64,000 bases of DNA, taken from an uncultured Gemmatimonadales bacterium (GTDB lineage Bacteria; Gemmatimonadota; Gemmatimonadetes; Gemmatimonadales; GWC2-71-9). Each line of letters opens with the position of its first letter. Within the stretch, counting starts at the first letter, position 1. The notes under the pieces were generated by a model. The model made no database searches. It saw only the letters and a list, made by a program, of their open reading frames with translations, and was not told the origin of the DNA. A program made the position numbers and the translations under genes. Shown here one piece after another: positions 48,230 to 57,553 of the stretch. The stretch is taken from the NCBI GenBank assembly GCA_963828735.1, contig CAWHFW010000005.1, positions 2,208,001 through 2,272,000 of the forward strand, read 5' to 3'.

Positions 48230-50282
48230 CCCCGCCTACCCGCCGACCCGGACCGTGGACGTGACCGACGTCCTCCACGGCGAAACGATTTCCGATCCCT
48301 ATCGCTGGCTGGAGGACGGTGAGGACCCGGACACACGCGCGTGGACGGAGCGGCAGAACGCGCTCACCGAGGCATGGCTGGCCCGGTTCCCGGGCCGCGA
48401 CTCGATCCGGCGCCGGCTCGACGAGCTGCTCGCGATCGGCGCCATCAGCGTGCCCACGCCTGCCCGCGGCCGCTACTTCTACCAGCGGCGGGAGGGGCGG
48501 CAGAACCAGCCGGTCCTGTACGTCCGGGATGGTCTGGATGGCGAGGACCGCGCAGCGATAGACCCGAACGCGCTCGATCCCGCCGGTACGACCGCGCTCG
48601 ACTGGTACTTCCCGAGCGACGACGGCAAGCTCCTGGCCTACGGCCTGAGCCAGAACGGAAGCGAGCAAAGCGTGCTGCACGTCTTCGACGTGGACGCCGG
48701 GACCAGCCTGCCTGAGCGGATTCCCCGGACTCGCGCGGCCGACCTGGCGTGGCTGCCCGACTCCTCGGGCTTCTACTACACCCGCTATCCGGAGCCGGGC
48801 ACGGTGCCCGCCGGAGAGGAGCCCTACCACCGGGCGGTGTTCTTCCACCCGCTCGGCGGAGATCCCGCCGACGACGAGCTCGTCTACCAGCCCGGCGCGA
48901 AGGAATACTGGCCCGGCGTGGCGTTGTCGCCGGACGGGCGGTGGCTGCTCATCAGCGTGGCCCGGACGTTCGATCAGACCGATCTCTACCTCGGCGACCG
49001 GAACGCCGCGGGCTGGACCTCCGTCCCACCGCTCGTTGCCGTCGCCGAGGGCCTCCCGTTCTCCTTCGACGGGGAGATCGCGCACGGACGGCTCTTCCTC
49101 CGCACCAACCTCGACGCGCCGACGTACCGGATGTACGAGGTGAATCCCGAGCATCCCCAGCGGGGCCACTGGCGCGAGCTGGTGCCGCCGCGTGAGGAGG
49201 CCGTGCTGGAAGGGGCTCGGGTCGTGGGCGACCGGCTGGCGCTGAGCTATCTCGAGCGTGCGTCGTCCCGCCTCCGTATCGCCGACCTCGACGGCGGCCT
49301 GCGCCGCGAGGTGTCGATGCCGACGCTCGGCAGCCTATTCGGCCTCGGCGCCGAGTGGGATGGTCACGAGCTGTTCTTCGGATTCTCGTCGTACACCGTT
49401 CCACCCAGCGTTTACCGCCTCGATCTCGCGGCCGATCGGCAGACACTGTGGCGGCGAGTCGAGGCGGATGTGGATCCGGAGCGATACGAGGTCCGGCAGG
49501 TGAGCGTCCCATCCCGCGACGGCACCGAGGTCACGATGTTCCTCGTGCACCGCCGGGGCCTCGCCCGGAACGGCGATGCGCCGACCTACCTCACCGGGTA
49601 CGGCGGCTTCAACATCAGCATGACGCCGGCCTTCTCCCGGTCGCTGCTCCTGTGGCTCGAGCACGGCGGGCTGGTCGCCGTTCCCAACATCCGGGGCGGG
49701 GGGGAGTATGGCGAAGGGTGGCACCAGGGCGGGATGCTCGAACGTAAGCAGAACAGCTTCGACGACTTCATCGCCGCCGCGGAGTGGCTCATCCGCGAGC
49801 GGTACACCCGGCCGGAACGGCTGGCCGTGGCCGGCGGCTCGAACGGCGGCCTGCTCATGGGCGCCGTCCTGACCCAGCGCCCGGAGCTATTCCGGGCGGT
49901 CGTGATCCAAGTACCCCTGCTCGATATGTTGCGCTACCACCGGTTCCTCATCGCGCGCCTCTGGATTCCCGAGTACGGGTCGTCGGACGACCTCGAGGCG
50001 TTCCGCTGGCTCCGGGCGTACTCGCCGTATCATCACGTGCAGGAAGGCACGCCCTATCCCGCCGTGCTGCTGGCCACCGCGGAGAGCGACACGCGGGTGG
50101 ATCCGATGCACGCGCGCAAAATGACCGCGCGTTTGCAGGCCGCCTCGGCCTCGGGGCGTCCCGTACTGCTGCGCCTCGAGGCGCGGGCGGGACATGGCGC
50201 GGGAAAGCCGCTGGCCAAAGTGCTGGACGAGCTGACGGACACGTGGACGTTTGTGTTTTCGCAGGTGGGGGTCGAGGTTTAG
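48222..50282 (+). CDS. Prolyl oligopeptidase (S9A)
   Basis: DPYRWLED, GYGGFN, GGSNGG nucleophile, DTRVDP, AGHG. Confidence 0.95.
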   Translation: MTDPAYPPTRTVDVTDVLHGETISDPYRWLEDGEDPDTRAWTERQNALTEAWLARFPGRDSIRRRLDELLAIGAISVPTPARGRYFYQRREGRQNQPVLYVRDGLDGEDRAAIDPNALDPAGTTALDWYFPSDDGKLLAYGLSQNGSEQSVLHVFDVDAGTSLPERIPRTRAADLAWLPDSSGFYYTRYPEPGTVPAGEEPYHRAVFFHPLGGDPADDELVYQPGAKEYWPGVALSPDGRWLLISVARTFDQTDLYLGDRNAAGWTSVPPLVAVAEGLPFSFDGEIAHGRLFLRTNLDAPTYRMYEVNPEHPQRGHWRELVPPREEAVLEGARVVGDRLALSYLERASSRLRIADLDGGLRREVSMPTLGSLFGLGAEWDGHELFFGFSSYTVPPSVYRLDLAADRQTLWRRVEADVDPERYEVRQVSVPSRDGTEVTMFLVHRRGLARNGDAPTYLTGYGGFNISMTPAFSRSLLLWLEHGGLVAVPNIRGGGEYGEGWHQGGMLERKQNSFDDFIAAAEWLIRERYTRPERLAVAGGSNGGLLMGAVLTQRPELFRAVVIQVPLLDMLRYHRFLIARLWIPEYGSSDDLEAFRWLRAYSPYHHVQEGTPYPAVLLATAESDTRVDPMHARKMTARLQAASASGRPVLLRLEARAGHGAGKPLAKVLDELTDTWTFVFSQVGVEV

Positions 50283-50323
50283 CAAGAGACACCGGACGTA
50301 CCTGAACCGAGGAGTCCCCGCCG

Positions 50324-50869
50324 ATGGCCTATTCGCAACGCCCCGTCGCCGCGAGCATGTCGCACCCGGACCGATGGCTCGCGTTCCTGCGGATCGTGGT
50401 AGGTCTGTATTTCGCGAAGTCCTTCATCACCAAGCTGTCTCTCGTGATGGTGGGCGGCGTGCTCCCGCTGCCCGGCGCCTCCGAGCGGTGGATCGCCACG
50501 ATGCCCAAGATCGTGAGCAAGCAGGCGGCGGACAATCCGATCCTGTTTTACAAGCACTTCCTCGAGAACACCGTCCTCACGCACCCGGAAACGTTCGCGC
50601 ATCTCACCGCGCTGGGCGAAACGATCACGGGCATCGGGCTCACGCTCGGGCTCCTGACCGGCGCGGCGTCGCTCGTGGGGCTGGTGCTGGTGACGAACTA
50701 CGGCCTGGCGACCCAGTGGATGTCACCGGGGCAGCAGGGCTTTCACATCGTGCTGTTCGCGCTGATGATCGCGTTCTTCGCGGCGCGGTCGGGCCGCACG
50801 TTGGGGCTCGACGCGATGCTGTGGAGCGCGCGGCCCAAATCGATCTTCGCGAGGCGTCCATTTTCCTGA
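50324..50869 (+). CDS. DoxX/DoxD family membrane protein
   Basis: LRIVVGLYF, GETITGIGLTLG, GRTLGLD; TM helices. Confidence 0.8.
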   Translation: MAYSQRPVAASMSHPDRWLAFLRIVVGLYFAKSFITKLSLVMVGGVLPLPGASERWIATMPKIVSKQAADNPILFYKHFLENTVLTHPETFAHLTALGETITGIGLTLGLLTGAASLVGLVLVTNYGLATQWMSPGQQGFHIVLFALMIAFFAARSGRTLGLDAMLWSARPKSIFARRPFS

Positions 50870-50908
50870 CGGCGGAGTAGTCCGAGCAGCAGGGTGAGGG
50901 TGCGACTC

Positions 50909-51478
50909 CTACCTCACCATCACCGGCCGCGACCGCATCCCGCCCACCACGCCGTCCGCCTCGCAGTGCGCATCCCGCGCGCTGTACACCACGCAGAACA
51001 CGCCATCCGCATGCCACCGCTCGTACCACCGCCGCATGACGCCGCGGTCCTGCGCCGAAAAGCGGGTGGACGGCAGGTCCTCGGTGTAGAGGGCGACGTG
51101 AGTGTGCACCGTGCCGGACCAGTCGGGCGGCCCGCAGCGGTCGATCGAGGCTTCGGCGGCGATGCTCAGGGAATCCGCTCCGGTAGGAACGAGCGCGAGG
51201 ATCCGGGCGACGAACACCGTGTCGTTCCGGACGGTCGCGGCCAGGCAGGCGACCCGCTCCTGCTTGGCGGCGACGCTCTCCTCCCAGAGTGCGCGGAGGC
51301 CGAGGCCGGCCTCCTGTCTGAAGCGAAACGCGGGCTGGGGAGCGTTGGAGATGCTGTCGGGCGCGGCGCTGTCCGCGGCGGGCGGCGTGTCGGCGTTGGC
51401 CTGCGCCGCCGCGGGCCGGACGGCCACGACGCTCGCCGCCAGAACGGCGGCGAGCGCGATGCGGCGCCCAGCGCTCAA
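50909..51478 (-). CDS. Exported protein with JAB/MPN (JAMM)-like motif, paralogue B
   Basis: TTG start overlapping the upstream stop; signal peptide ...PAAAQ; ERVACL...GTVHTH...FSAQD. Confidence 0.75.
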   Translation of the reverse strand: MSAGRRIALAAVLAASVVAVRPAAAQANADTPPAADSAAPDSISNAPQPAFRFRQEAGLGLRALWEESVAAKQERVACLAATVRNDTVFVARILALVPTGADSLSIAAEASIDRCGPPDWSGTVHTHVALYTEDLPSTRFSAQDRGVMRRWYERWHADGVFCVVYSARDAHCEADGVVGGMRSRPVMVR

Positions 51479-51957
51479 TACTTCGCGCTGGGGAGAATCA
51501 CCACCTGGGAGCCGTCGATCTCGCAATGGGCCTGGTCCTCGGCGAAGAGCAGGCAGAAGGTGCCGTCGGCCTTCCAGCGCTGCCACCACATCAGCATGAT
51601 CCCACGATCCGCGCCGGAGAACTGGGCGTAGGGTCGCTGGCCGGCGGTGAGCGCGATGTGGGTGTGCACGGTGCCCTGCCACAGGGGCGGGCCGCAGGCC
51701 TCGAGGGAGGCCTGGGCCGACACCGCGAGCGAATCCGCCCCCGCGACGAGCGGTTGGACCCGAGTGATCCGCAGAGTGTCGCCGTCGATGACACTCGCGA
51801 GACAGGCGACCTGCTCCGTCCGTGCAGCGATGCTGGCGCTCCAGAGCGCGTGCAGGCCCGTGACGGCCTCGGAGGTCACACTGAACGCGAGCGGCGCGCT
51901 CCCATGGGGCAGGGCGAGTGGGAGGGCCAGGATCGCCAGGGCCAACCGAGCCGTCAT
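51475..51957 (-). CDS. Exported protein with JAB/MPN (JAMM)-like motif, paralogue A
   Basis: ATGA overlap with the YVTN gene; signal peptide; EQVACL...GTVHTH...FSGAD. Confidence 0.75.
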   Translation of the reverse strand: MTARLALAILALPLALPHGSAPLAFSVTSEAVTGLHALWSASIAARTEQVACLASVIDGDTLRITRVQPLVAGADSLAVSAQASLEACGPPLWQGTVHTHIALTAGQRPYAQFSGADRGIMLMWWQRWKADGTFCLLFAEDQAHCEIDGSQVVILPSAKY

Positions 51958-53063
51958 GGGGCCTCGCCCAGGGCGACGCCCCAGGGGATCTTGCCCACCG
52001 GAATCCTCTTCTCGACCGTCAGCTTGTCGGCATCCACCACGCTCACGTCGTTCGACGGGCCATTGGCCGTGTACAGCTTCCGGCCATCCGGGGTGATCGC
52101 GATGCCCCAGGGGCGCTGCCCCACCGGCACCGACGCGGTCAGCGAATCCGTGGCGACCTCGATCACGGACACGGTTCCTCCTCGTCCGTTGGTCACGTAG
52201 ATCCGCTTGCCGTCCGGCGAGGCGACCGAGCCCATCGTCCTCGAATCCTTGGGCATCGGAAGCACCGCGATCTTCTTCCGGGTCGCCGCGTCGAGCACCC
52301 AGACGGTACCGTCGACCTCGGACGTGACGTACGCTCTGGCGCCGTCTGGCGTGAACGCGAGCGACCGCGGCCGCTTCCCGACCTCCACCTCGCCGATCTT
52401 CTTGCCGGTCTGAGTGTCCAGGATGGTGACGTTGTGATCCGTCTCGCCCGTCACCCAGACAGCCTTCCCGTCGGGCTGGACCTTCACGCCCTCAGGCTCT
52501 TTCCCGACGGGGATGGTCGCGCGAATCTTCCCGCTCGCCACGTCCACGATCGACGCGGTGCCCGCATCCTCGTTGGAGACGAAGAGCGTGCTGCCGTCGA
52601 GGCTGATGTCGAACGCCTCCGGGTCCGACCCGCCCGGGAGCACGCGAGTCACCTTGCGCGCCACGGCGTCCACCACCGCGATGCCGTCCTTCGACTTGTC
52701 GGACTTGAGCTTTTCGCACTCCTCGTCGGGCATGGTCGGCGGACACTTCGGGCTCCCGCTCAGCGCGACGAAGATGGTCTTGCCGTCGGGACTCACGCGC
52801 ACGCCGCGTGGCCGGGTGCCGACGGGGATGGTGGTCACCACGCTGTCCGTACGCGTGTCGATCACGGTGAGGTCCTGCGAGTCCTCGTTCGTGACGTAGG
52901 CCAGCAGCGCCTTGCCGGCCGGCGCGGCGGCCTGGCTCGGCGCGGCCGAGTCGGTGGCCGACGGGCGAGCCTCACGCGGCCCGCACGCGGCACCGAGGGC
53001 GAGGGCGAGCGCCGGGGCGGCGCGAAGGCGAACGATAGGGCGGCGGTCGGTATTACTTGGCAT
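51954..53063 (-). CDS. YVTN beta-propeller lipoprotein (PQQ-catabolism associated type)
   Basis: Lipobox LGAAC; repeated YVTN/SPDG/VGxxP blades. Confidence 0.9.
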   Translation of the reverse strand: MPSNTDRRPIVRLRAAPALALALGAACGPREARPSATDSAAPSQAAAPAGKALLAYVTNEDSQDLTVIDTRTDSVVTTIPVGTRPRGVRVSPDGKTIFVALSGSPKCPPTMPDEECEKLKSDKSKDGIAVVDAVARKVTRVLPGGSDPEAFDISLDGSTLFVSNEDAGTASIVDVASGKIRATIPVGKEPEGVKVQPDGKAVWVTGETDHNVTILDTQTGKKIGEVEVGKRPRSLAFTPDGARAYVTSEVDGTVWVLDAATRKKIAVLPMPKDSRTMGSVASPDGKRIYVTNGRGGTVSVIEVATDSLTASVPVGQRPWGIAITPDGRKLYTANGPSNDVSVVDADKLTVEKRIPVGKIPWGVALGEAP

Positions 53064-53943
53064 CGAATGTGGCCTTGTCTCGGTTACGGGCTTCGGTCAT
53101 GCCCTGGACGCGGTCCAGCCCGATGGCGCCGGTGAAATCCGCGCCGTCCAGGTTCGCCTTGTCCAGCTTGGCCCCGGTGAGGTCGGCGTGTGTGAGGTCG
53201 GTCTGCACCAGCTCGGCGTTGCTCAGCGTGGTTCCGGTCAGCCGGGCTTTGGCCAAGGTCGCGTGGGACAGGTCGGCCTTGAAGAGGTTGGTGTTCGACA
53301 GGTCGGCCCCGGTGAGGTCGGCGCCGACGAACGTCGCGCGCATCACGCCCATCGACTGGTTGCCGGGGTCGGCGCCCATGTTGGCGTTGCGCATGATCGC
53401 TCCGGTGAGCTTGGCGCTCCGGAGGTACCCGATGACGCGCGTGCCCGACAGGTTGGCCTCGCTCAGGTCGGCCGCTTCGATGATCGTGGCGAAGAGGCTC
53501 GCCCCCTCGAGGTTGGCGTGCTGAAGCTTGGCGCGTCGAAGCACCGTGCCGTCGAGATTGGCTTTGGTGAAGTCGGCGCCGGTGAGGATCGCGTCGGTGA
53601 GGTCGCACGAGAACAGGTTGGCGCCTGCCAGCTTGCTGCCGGCCAGCGAGACGCCGGTCAGGTTGGCGCGCTTGAAATCCACGCCGGTCAGGTCGAGCCC
53701 GCTGAGGTTGGCCTTGGCGAAGTCGGGAGGCGAGCTCTGCGTCGCGGCGGCGAGGCGCGACTTGACCTCGGCCGCCGTGAGCCGAACAGTCGGAGAATCG
53801 GCCCGCTCTGCCCGGAGCGGTCCACTCGCGGAGCGGAACAGCCCGGTGGCGCTGGCCGGACCCGCGGTGCCGCCGAGCGGCACCGCGACGAGGATCGCGA
53901 TGCCCGCCTGGAGCCAGGGTGAGATCGGTACGACAGTCGGCAT
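53053..53943 (-). CDS. Exported pentapeptide repeat protein
   Basis: Long A[D/N]Lxx repeat tract; ADPGNQSMGVMRA insert; N-terminal hydrophobic leader. Confidence 0.9.
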   Translation of the reverse strand: MPTVVPISPWLQAGIAILVAVPLGGTAGPASATGLFRSASGPLRAERADSPTVRLTAAEVKSRLAAATQSSPPDFAKANLSGLDLTGVDFKRANLTGVSLAGSKLAGANLFSCDLTDAILTGADFTKANLDGTVLRRAKLQHANLEGASLFATIIEAADLSEANLSGTRVIGYLRSAKLTGAIMRNANMGADPGNQSMGVMRATFVGADLTGADLSNTNLFKADLSHATLAKARLTGTTLSNAELVQTDLTHADLTGAKLDKANLDGADFTGAIGLDRVQGMTEARNRDKATFDAK

Positions 53944-54024
53944 CGCTCGCCCCCCGTTGGGGTGGTCGTGGGACCGTGCCTCGTGAACATATCCGGACTC
54001 GGCCTGCTTGGCCAACGTACCGGA

Positions 54025-54062
54025 CAAAAGAAGACGGGACCGCGAAGCTCCGCGGTCCCGTC
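54025..54062 (-). terminator. Rho-independent terminator after the cytochrome c gene
   Basis: GACGGGACCGCG-loop-CGCGGTCCCGTC followed by TTCTTTT on the minus strand. Confidence 0.8.
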
Positions 54063-54083
54063 GGCCGTGCCACCCTCGAGCGG

Positions 54084-54524
54084 TCAGCCCTCGCGTTTGA
54101 CCGCTGGTCGGCCGGGCGCGAGCTTCGCGTCGCTTCTCGCCTTCACATAGCTGTAGATCTTGTCGATCGTTGGGATCTCCATCCCGAGCGAGCACCAGGA
54201 CGGCATGCCCTTCTCCGGACGTCCGGCGCAGACCGTCTGCATGAACAGCTCTTTCGTGTTGATCGGTCCGTCGGCCTTGAGCGAGAGGATCAAGTGCGGG
54301 GCGAAGGACGTCCCGAGCGCGTCCTCACCGTGGCACCGGGCACAGTTCAGGTTGAACTGCTTCCACCCGTCGTACACCTCCTGGGTCACAGTGTCCCGCG
54401 GCGCCTGGTGGTAGGCATCGCGGAGCTCCTGGGCGACGGCGCGCGTCGTGAGGGCCGAGGCTGCCAGGAGCACGCCGGCACCCAGCACGATCCGGCGAAG
54501 AACGGCGGTGAGGGGCGTACGCAT
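54084..54524 (-). CDS. xoxG: c-type cytochrome, probable XoxF electron acceptor (XoxG-equivalent)
   Basis: Signal peptide, CARCH, GMPSW; lies directly after xoxF-xoxJ. Confidence 0.8.
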   Translation of the reverse strand: MRTPLTAVLRRIVLGAGVLLAASALTTRAVAQELRDAYHQAPRDTVTQEVYDGWKQFNLNCARCHGEDALGTSFAPHLILSLKADGPINTKELFMQTVCAGRPEKGMPSWCSLGMEIPTIDKIYSYVKARSDAKLAPGRPAVKREG

Positions 54525-54643
54525 GCTCGCAGACGTTCCTTTCGTTTGCAGGGGAGGTTCCAGACTGCCGCCGGCCGCGCAACATCCGCGGCCGGCTATC
54601 TCGACACTTGTACCGTGCGGCCGTCAGACCGCGGCGCGGAGAC

Positions 54644-55534
54644 TCATCCCGGCCCGGCCTTCTTGGCCGTATCGGTCGCGGACTTTTCCTGGGCCTCGGT
54701 GACGATCGGCAGCATCGGGATGTTGTACTGCTTGAGAATGCCGTCGATCTCCGGCCGCCGCCGGTCGAGCACCGCCTGGACGCTGTCGCGGAAGTCCTTG
54801 TCACGCCGGCGGACGGCGATGCCCATGTTGTATTGGAACGGAATGTCGCTCAGGCTGTCCTTCGCCGGGAGAGGCGTGAGCACGAGCGGCACGGGGGACT
54901 GCTTCGCGAAGTAGCCGGCGAGCGGCCCCCAGACGATGGCGAGGTCCACGTCCTTGTTGGCCACACCCTTGATGATGTCCTCTGGGCGCTCTTTGTCACT
55001 GAAAAACGTGAAATAGCCGGTCAGGTTGCCCACCACGCCATAGCGGCTCAGGGCCATGGCCGGCGGCGAGTTCTCGGCGTCGGAGGTGTACATGTTGACG
55101 CCGATCTTGAGCTTCTTGAGCCGCGGGTCGGCCAGCGACTTGAGGTCCTCGAGCCCGCTGCCCTGACGAACCACGAACACATAGCCCGAGCGGAAGTAGG
55201 GCTTGGTTACGCCGGCTATGTCGAGGCCGGCCGGCGCCTCCATCGCCATGTCGCAGTACATGCCGTTCAGGATGCGGAAGTAGCCTCGCCGCGTGGGGTA
55301 CCACACGTAGGTCAGTTTGGCCTTCAGCTCCGTCGCGACCAGCTCCGCGATCTTGTTCTCGAAGCCCTCACTCTTTTCGTTGGACGAGGGCATGTTGTCC
55401 GGGTCGGCACAGACCCGGATGAGGCCCGGGTCCCTGGGCGCGGGGCGCTGGGCATGAGCCGGTACGGCCCGGACCAGGCCGAAGCCGGCCAGCACCAGGA
55501 AACACGCAGTCTGTGAAGCACGGTGCGACATCAC
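54644..55534 (-). CDS. xoxJ: MxaJ/XoxJ-type substrate-binding protein
   Basis: RVCADPDNMPSS, GFENKIA, TKPYFRSGYVFV, VWGPLAGYFA. Confidence 0.92.
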   Translation of the reverse strand: MMSHRASQTACFLVLAGFGLVRAVPAHAQRPAPRDPGLIRVCADPDNMPSSNEKSEGFENKIAELVATELKAKLTYVWYPTRRGYFRILNGMYCDMAMEAPAGLDIAGVTKPYFRSGYVFVVRQGSGLEDLKSLADPRLKKLKIGVNMYTSDAENSPPAMALSRYGVVGNLTGYFTFFSDKERPEDIIKGVANKDVDLAIVWGPLAGYFAKQSPVPLVLTPLPAKDSLSDIPFQYNMGIAVRRRDKDFRDSVQAVLDRRRPEIDGILKQYNIPMLPIVTEAQEKSATDTAKKAGPG

Positions 55535-55565
55535 GCCATCCTGTCTCGAGTCTCTCCTGAACGAC

Positions 55566-55656
55566 CACGGCGCCGGAGCTGACCGCGCCCCGGCGCCGTG
55601 CTCATTTCGTAATTTACCCCCCTGGCGACCGGAGGCTATACCCTCCGGACCGCCAG
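55566..55656 (-). other. Two intercistronic stem-loops between xoxF and xoxJ
   Basis: CACGGCGCCGG...CCGGCGCCGTG (55566-55600) and CTGGCG.CCGGAGG...CCTCCGG..CGCCAG (55622-55656). Confidence 0.65.
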
Positions 55657-55669
55657 AGCTTCTGCCGTA

Positions 55670-57553
55670 TTACTTCGGCGCCGCCATGTTCTTGAGACCG
55701 AACACGGTCATCACGCCGCCCTGGGTGCTGAACTGGCCCGCGTCGCCGAAGGCGCCGAGCGCGCCGAGACCGGCGGTCGGATCTTCTGCGCCGATGCCAG
55801 CGGCCACGCCGATACCGGCCCAGCCGCCGATGCCCGAGTAGACGGCCACGTACTGCTGGCCATCCGGCCCGAGGTAGGTCATCGGGTTGCCGATGATGCC
55901 CGACGGCGTCTTGAACTGCCAGAGGACCTTGCCGGTCTTGGCATCGACGCCCTTGAGCCAGCCTTCCATGGTGCCGTAGAAGACGAGCCCGCCGGCCGTG
56001 GTCATGGCCCCGCCGTACGCCGCGAGGTTCTCCTTGATCTCCCACACCACGGAGCCCTTCATCGGATCCCAGGCGATGAACCGGCCGCGATGGCCGCCGG
56101 GGCCCGGGAACATCCGCACGATCGCGCCGACGTACGGCTGACCGGCGGTGTACTTCACCTCGACGCCTTCATAGTCCATGCAGATGTGGTTCGCCGGGAC
56201 GTAGAAGAGGCCGGTGACCGGCGAGTACGCCGAGGGCTGCTGATCCTTGAAGCCGATGGCGGCCGGGCAGATGCCCTCGCCGTTCTTCTTCGAGGAGGTG
56301 CCGTACTTCGGATCCTTGACCGGCACGCCGGTGGTCGTGACGCCCTCGACCGGGGTGCCCGTGCCGCCGTTTTTGGCCCAGTTGATCGGGCCGTACGCGT
56401 TGCCGACGATAACCTTGCCGTTGGTGCGGTCGACCGTGTACGCGATGCCGTTACGATCGAAGTGGGCAAGCAGCTTCTTGCCACCGCTCTCGAACAGCAC
56501 GTTCTCGTTCACGCCGTCATAGTCCCACTCATCGTGCGGGGTCATCTGGTAGGCCCAGACCACCGTGCCGTCATCCGGCTTCCGCGCGAACATGGTCATC
56601 GACCACTTGTTGTCGCCCGGCCGCTGGTCAGGATTCCAGGTGCCCGGGTTGCCCACGCTGTAGTAGAAGTTGTCGAGCTCGGGGTCGTAGGAGTACCAGC
56701 CCCACGTGGTCCCGCCGCCCCGCTTCCACTCGTCGCCCTGCCAGGTCGAGACGCCGAGATCCTTGCCCTTGTGAGACGGATAGTTCGCGTTCGCGTCGCC
56801 CTTGAGGAGGACTTCGTCGTCCGGGCCGGTGCTGTAGCCGGTCCAGATGTGCTCGCCCGTGTTGGCGTCGAAGGCCGAGACGCGGCCGCGCACGCCGAAC
56901 TCGCCGCCGGAGATACCGGCGATGACGATTTCCTTGCCCGACTTGGTCTTGATGTAGATCGGGGCGTTGGTCATCGTGGCGCCCTGCTTGTAGCCGTTGG
57001 CCTCGACCCCGGCGTTCGAGTGATCCGGGTGCTTGGCCTTCCACAGCTCCTTGCCGGTCTTCGCGTCGAGGGCGATCAGCTCACCCTGCAGCGCCTGGAT
57101 GTAGATCTTCCCGCTCGGGCTGTACGCCGTTCCACGATTCACCAGGTCGCAGCACGCGATTGGAATCGCGTCGGGCGACTGGTTGGGCACGTACTTCCAG
57201 ATCTGCGGCGCGCCGGGCTTCGACAGATCGAGCGCGTACACGATGTTCGGGAAGGACGTGTTGACGTACATCACATTGCCGATGACGAGCGGATTGCCCT
57301 CGTGGCCGCGCAGCGTGCCGGTCGAGAACGACCAGACGGGCCGCAGCTCGCCGACGTTGGCCGTCGTGATCTGCTTGAGCGGGCTGAACCGCTGCAGGCT
57401 GTAATCACGGCCGGTCATCGTCCATTCGCCCTCTTTGCCGTTCAGGGTCCATGCCCCTGTACGAGCAGCCTGGGCGTTGGCGGACGCAACGAAGGCTACG
57501 CTCAGCCCCGCCGCGATCCCGCCGCACAGCACCTTCTGCGTAAAGCGGTTCAT
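55670..57553 (-). CDS. xoxF: Lanthanide-dependent PQQ methanol dehydrogenase (XoxF type)
   Basis: Signal peptide; CCDLVNRG vicinal Cys; GGEFGVRG; GNPGTWN; RPGDNKWS; DEWDYDGVNE with the extra Asp. Confidence 0.92.
   Translation of the reverse strand: MNRFTQKVLCGGIAAGLSVAFVASANAQAARTGAWTLNGKEGEWTMTGRDYSLQRFSPLKQITTANVGELRPVWSFSTGTLRGHEGNPLVIGNVMYVNTSFPNIVYALDLSKPGAPQIWKYVPNQSPDAIPIACCDLVNRGTAYSPSGKIYIQALQGELIALDAKTGKELWKAKHPDHSNAGVEANGYKQGATMTNAPIYIKTKSGKEIVIAGISGGEFGVRGRVSAFDANTGEHIWTGYSTGPDDEVLLKGDANANYPSHKGKDLGVSTWQGDEWKRGGGTTWGWYSYDPELDNFYYSVGNPGTWNPDQRPGDNKWSMTMFARKPDDGTVVWAYQMTPHDEWDYDGVNENVLFESGGKKLLAHFDRNGIAYTVDRTNGKVIVGNAYGPINWAKNGGTGTPVEGVTTTGVPVKDPKYGTSSKKNGEGICPAAIGFKDQQPSAYSPVTGLFYVPANHICMDYEGVEVKYTAGQPYVGAIVRMFPGPGGHRGRFIAWDPMKGSVVWEIKENLAAYGGAMTTAGGLVFYGTMEGWLKGVDAKTGKVLWQFKTPSGIIGNPMTYLGPDGQQYVAVYSGIGGWAGIGVAAGIGAEDPTAGLGALGAFGDAGQFSTQGGVMTVFGLKNMAAPK

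Noticed and set aside
53130..53720. 15-nt periodic sequence
   Set aside because: Fully explained by the pentapeptide repeat protein
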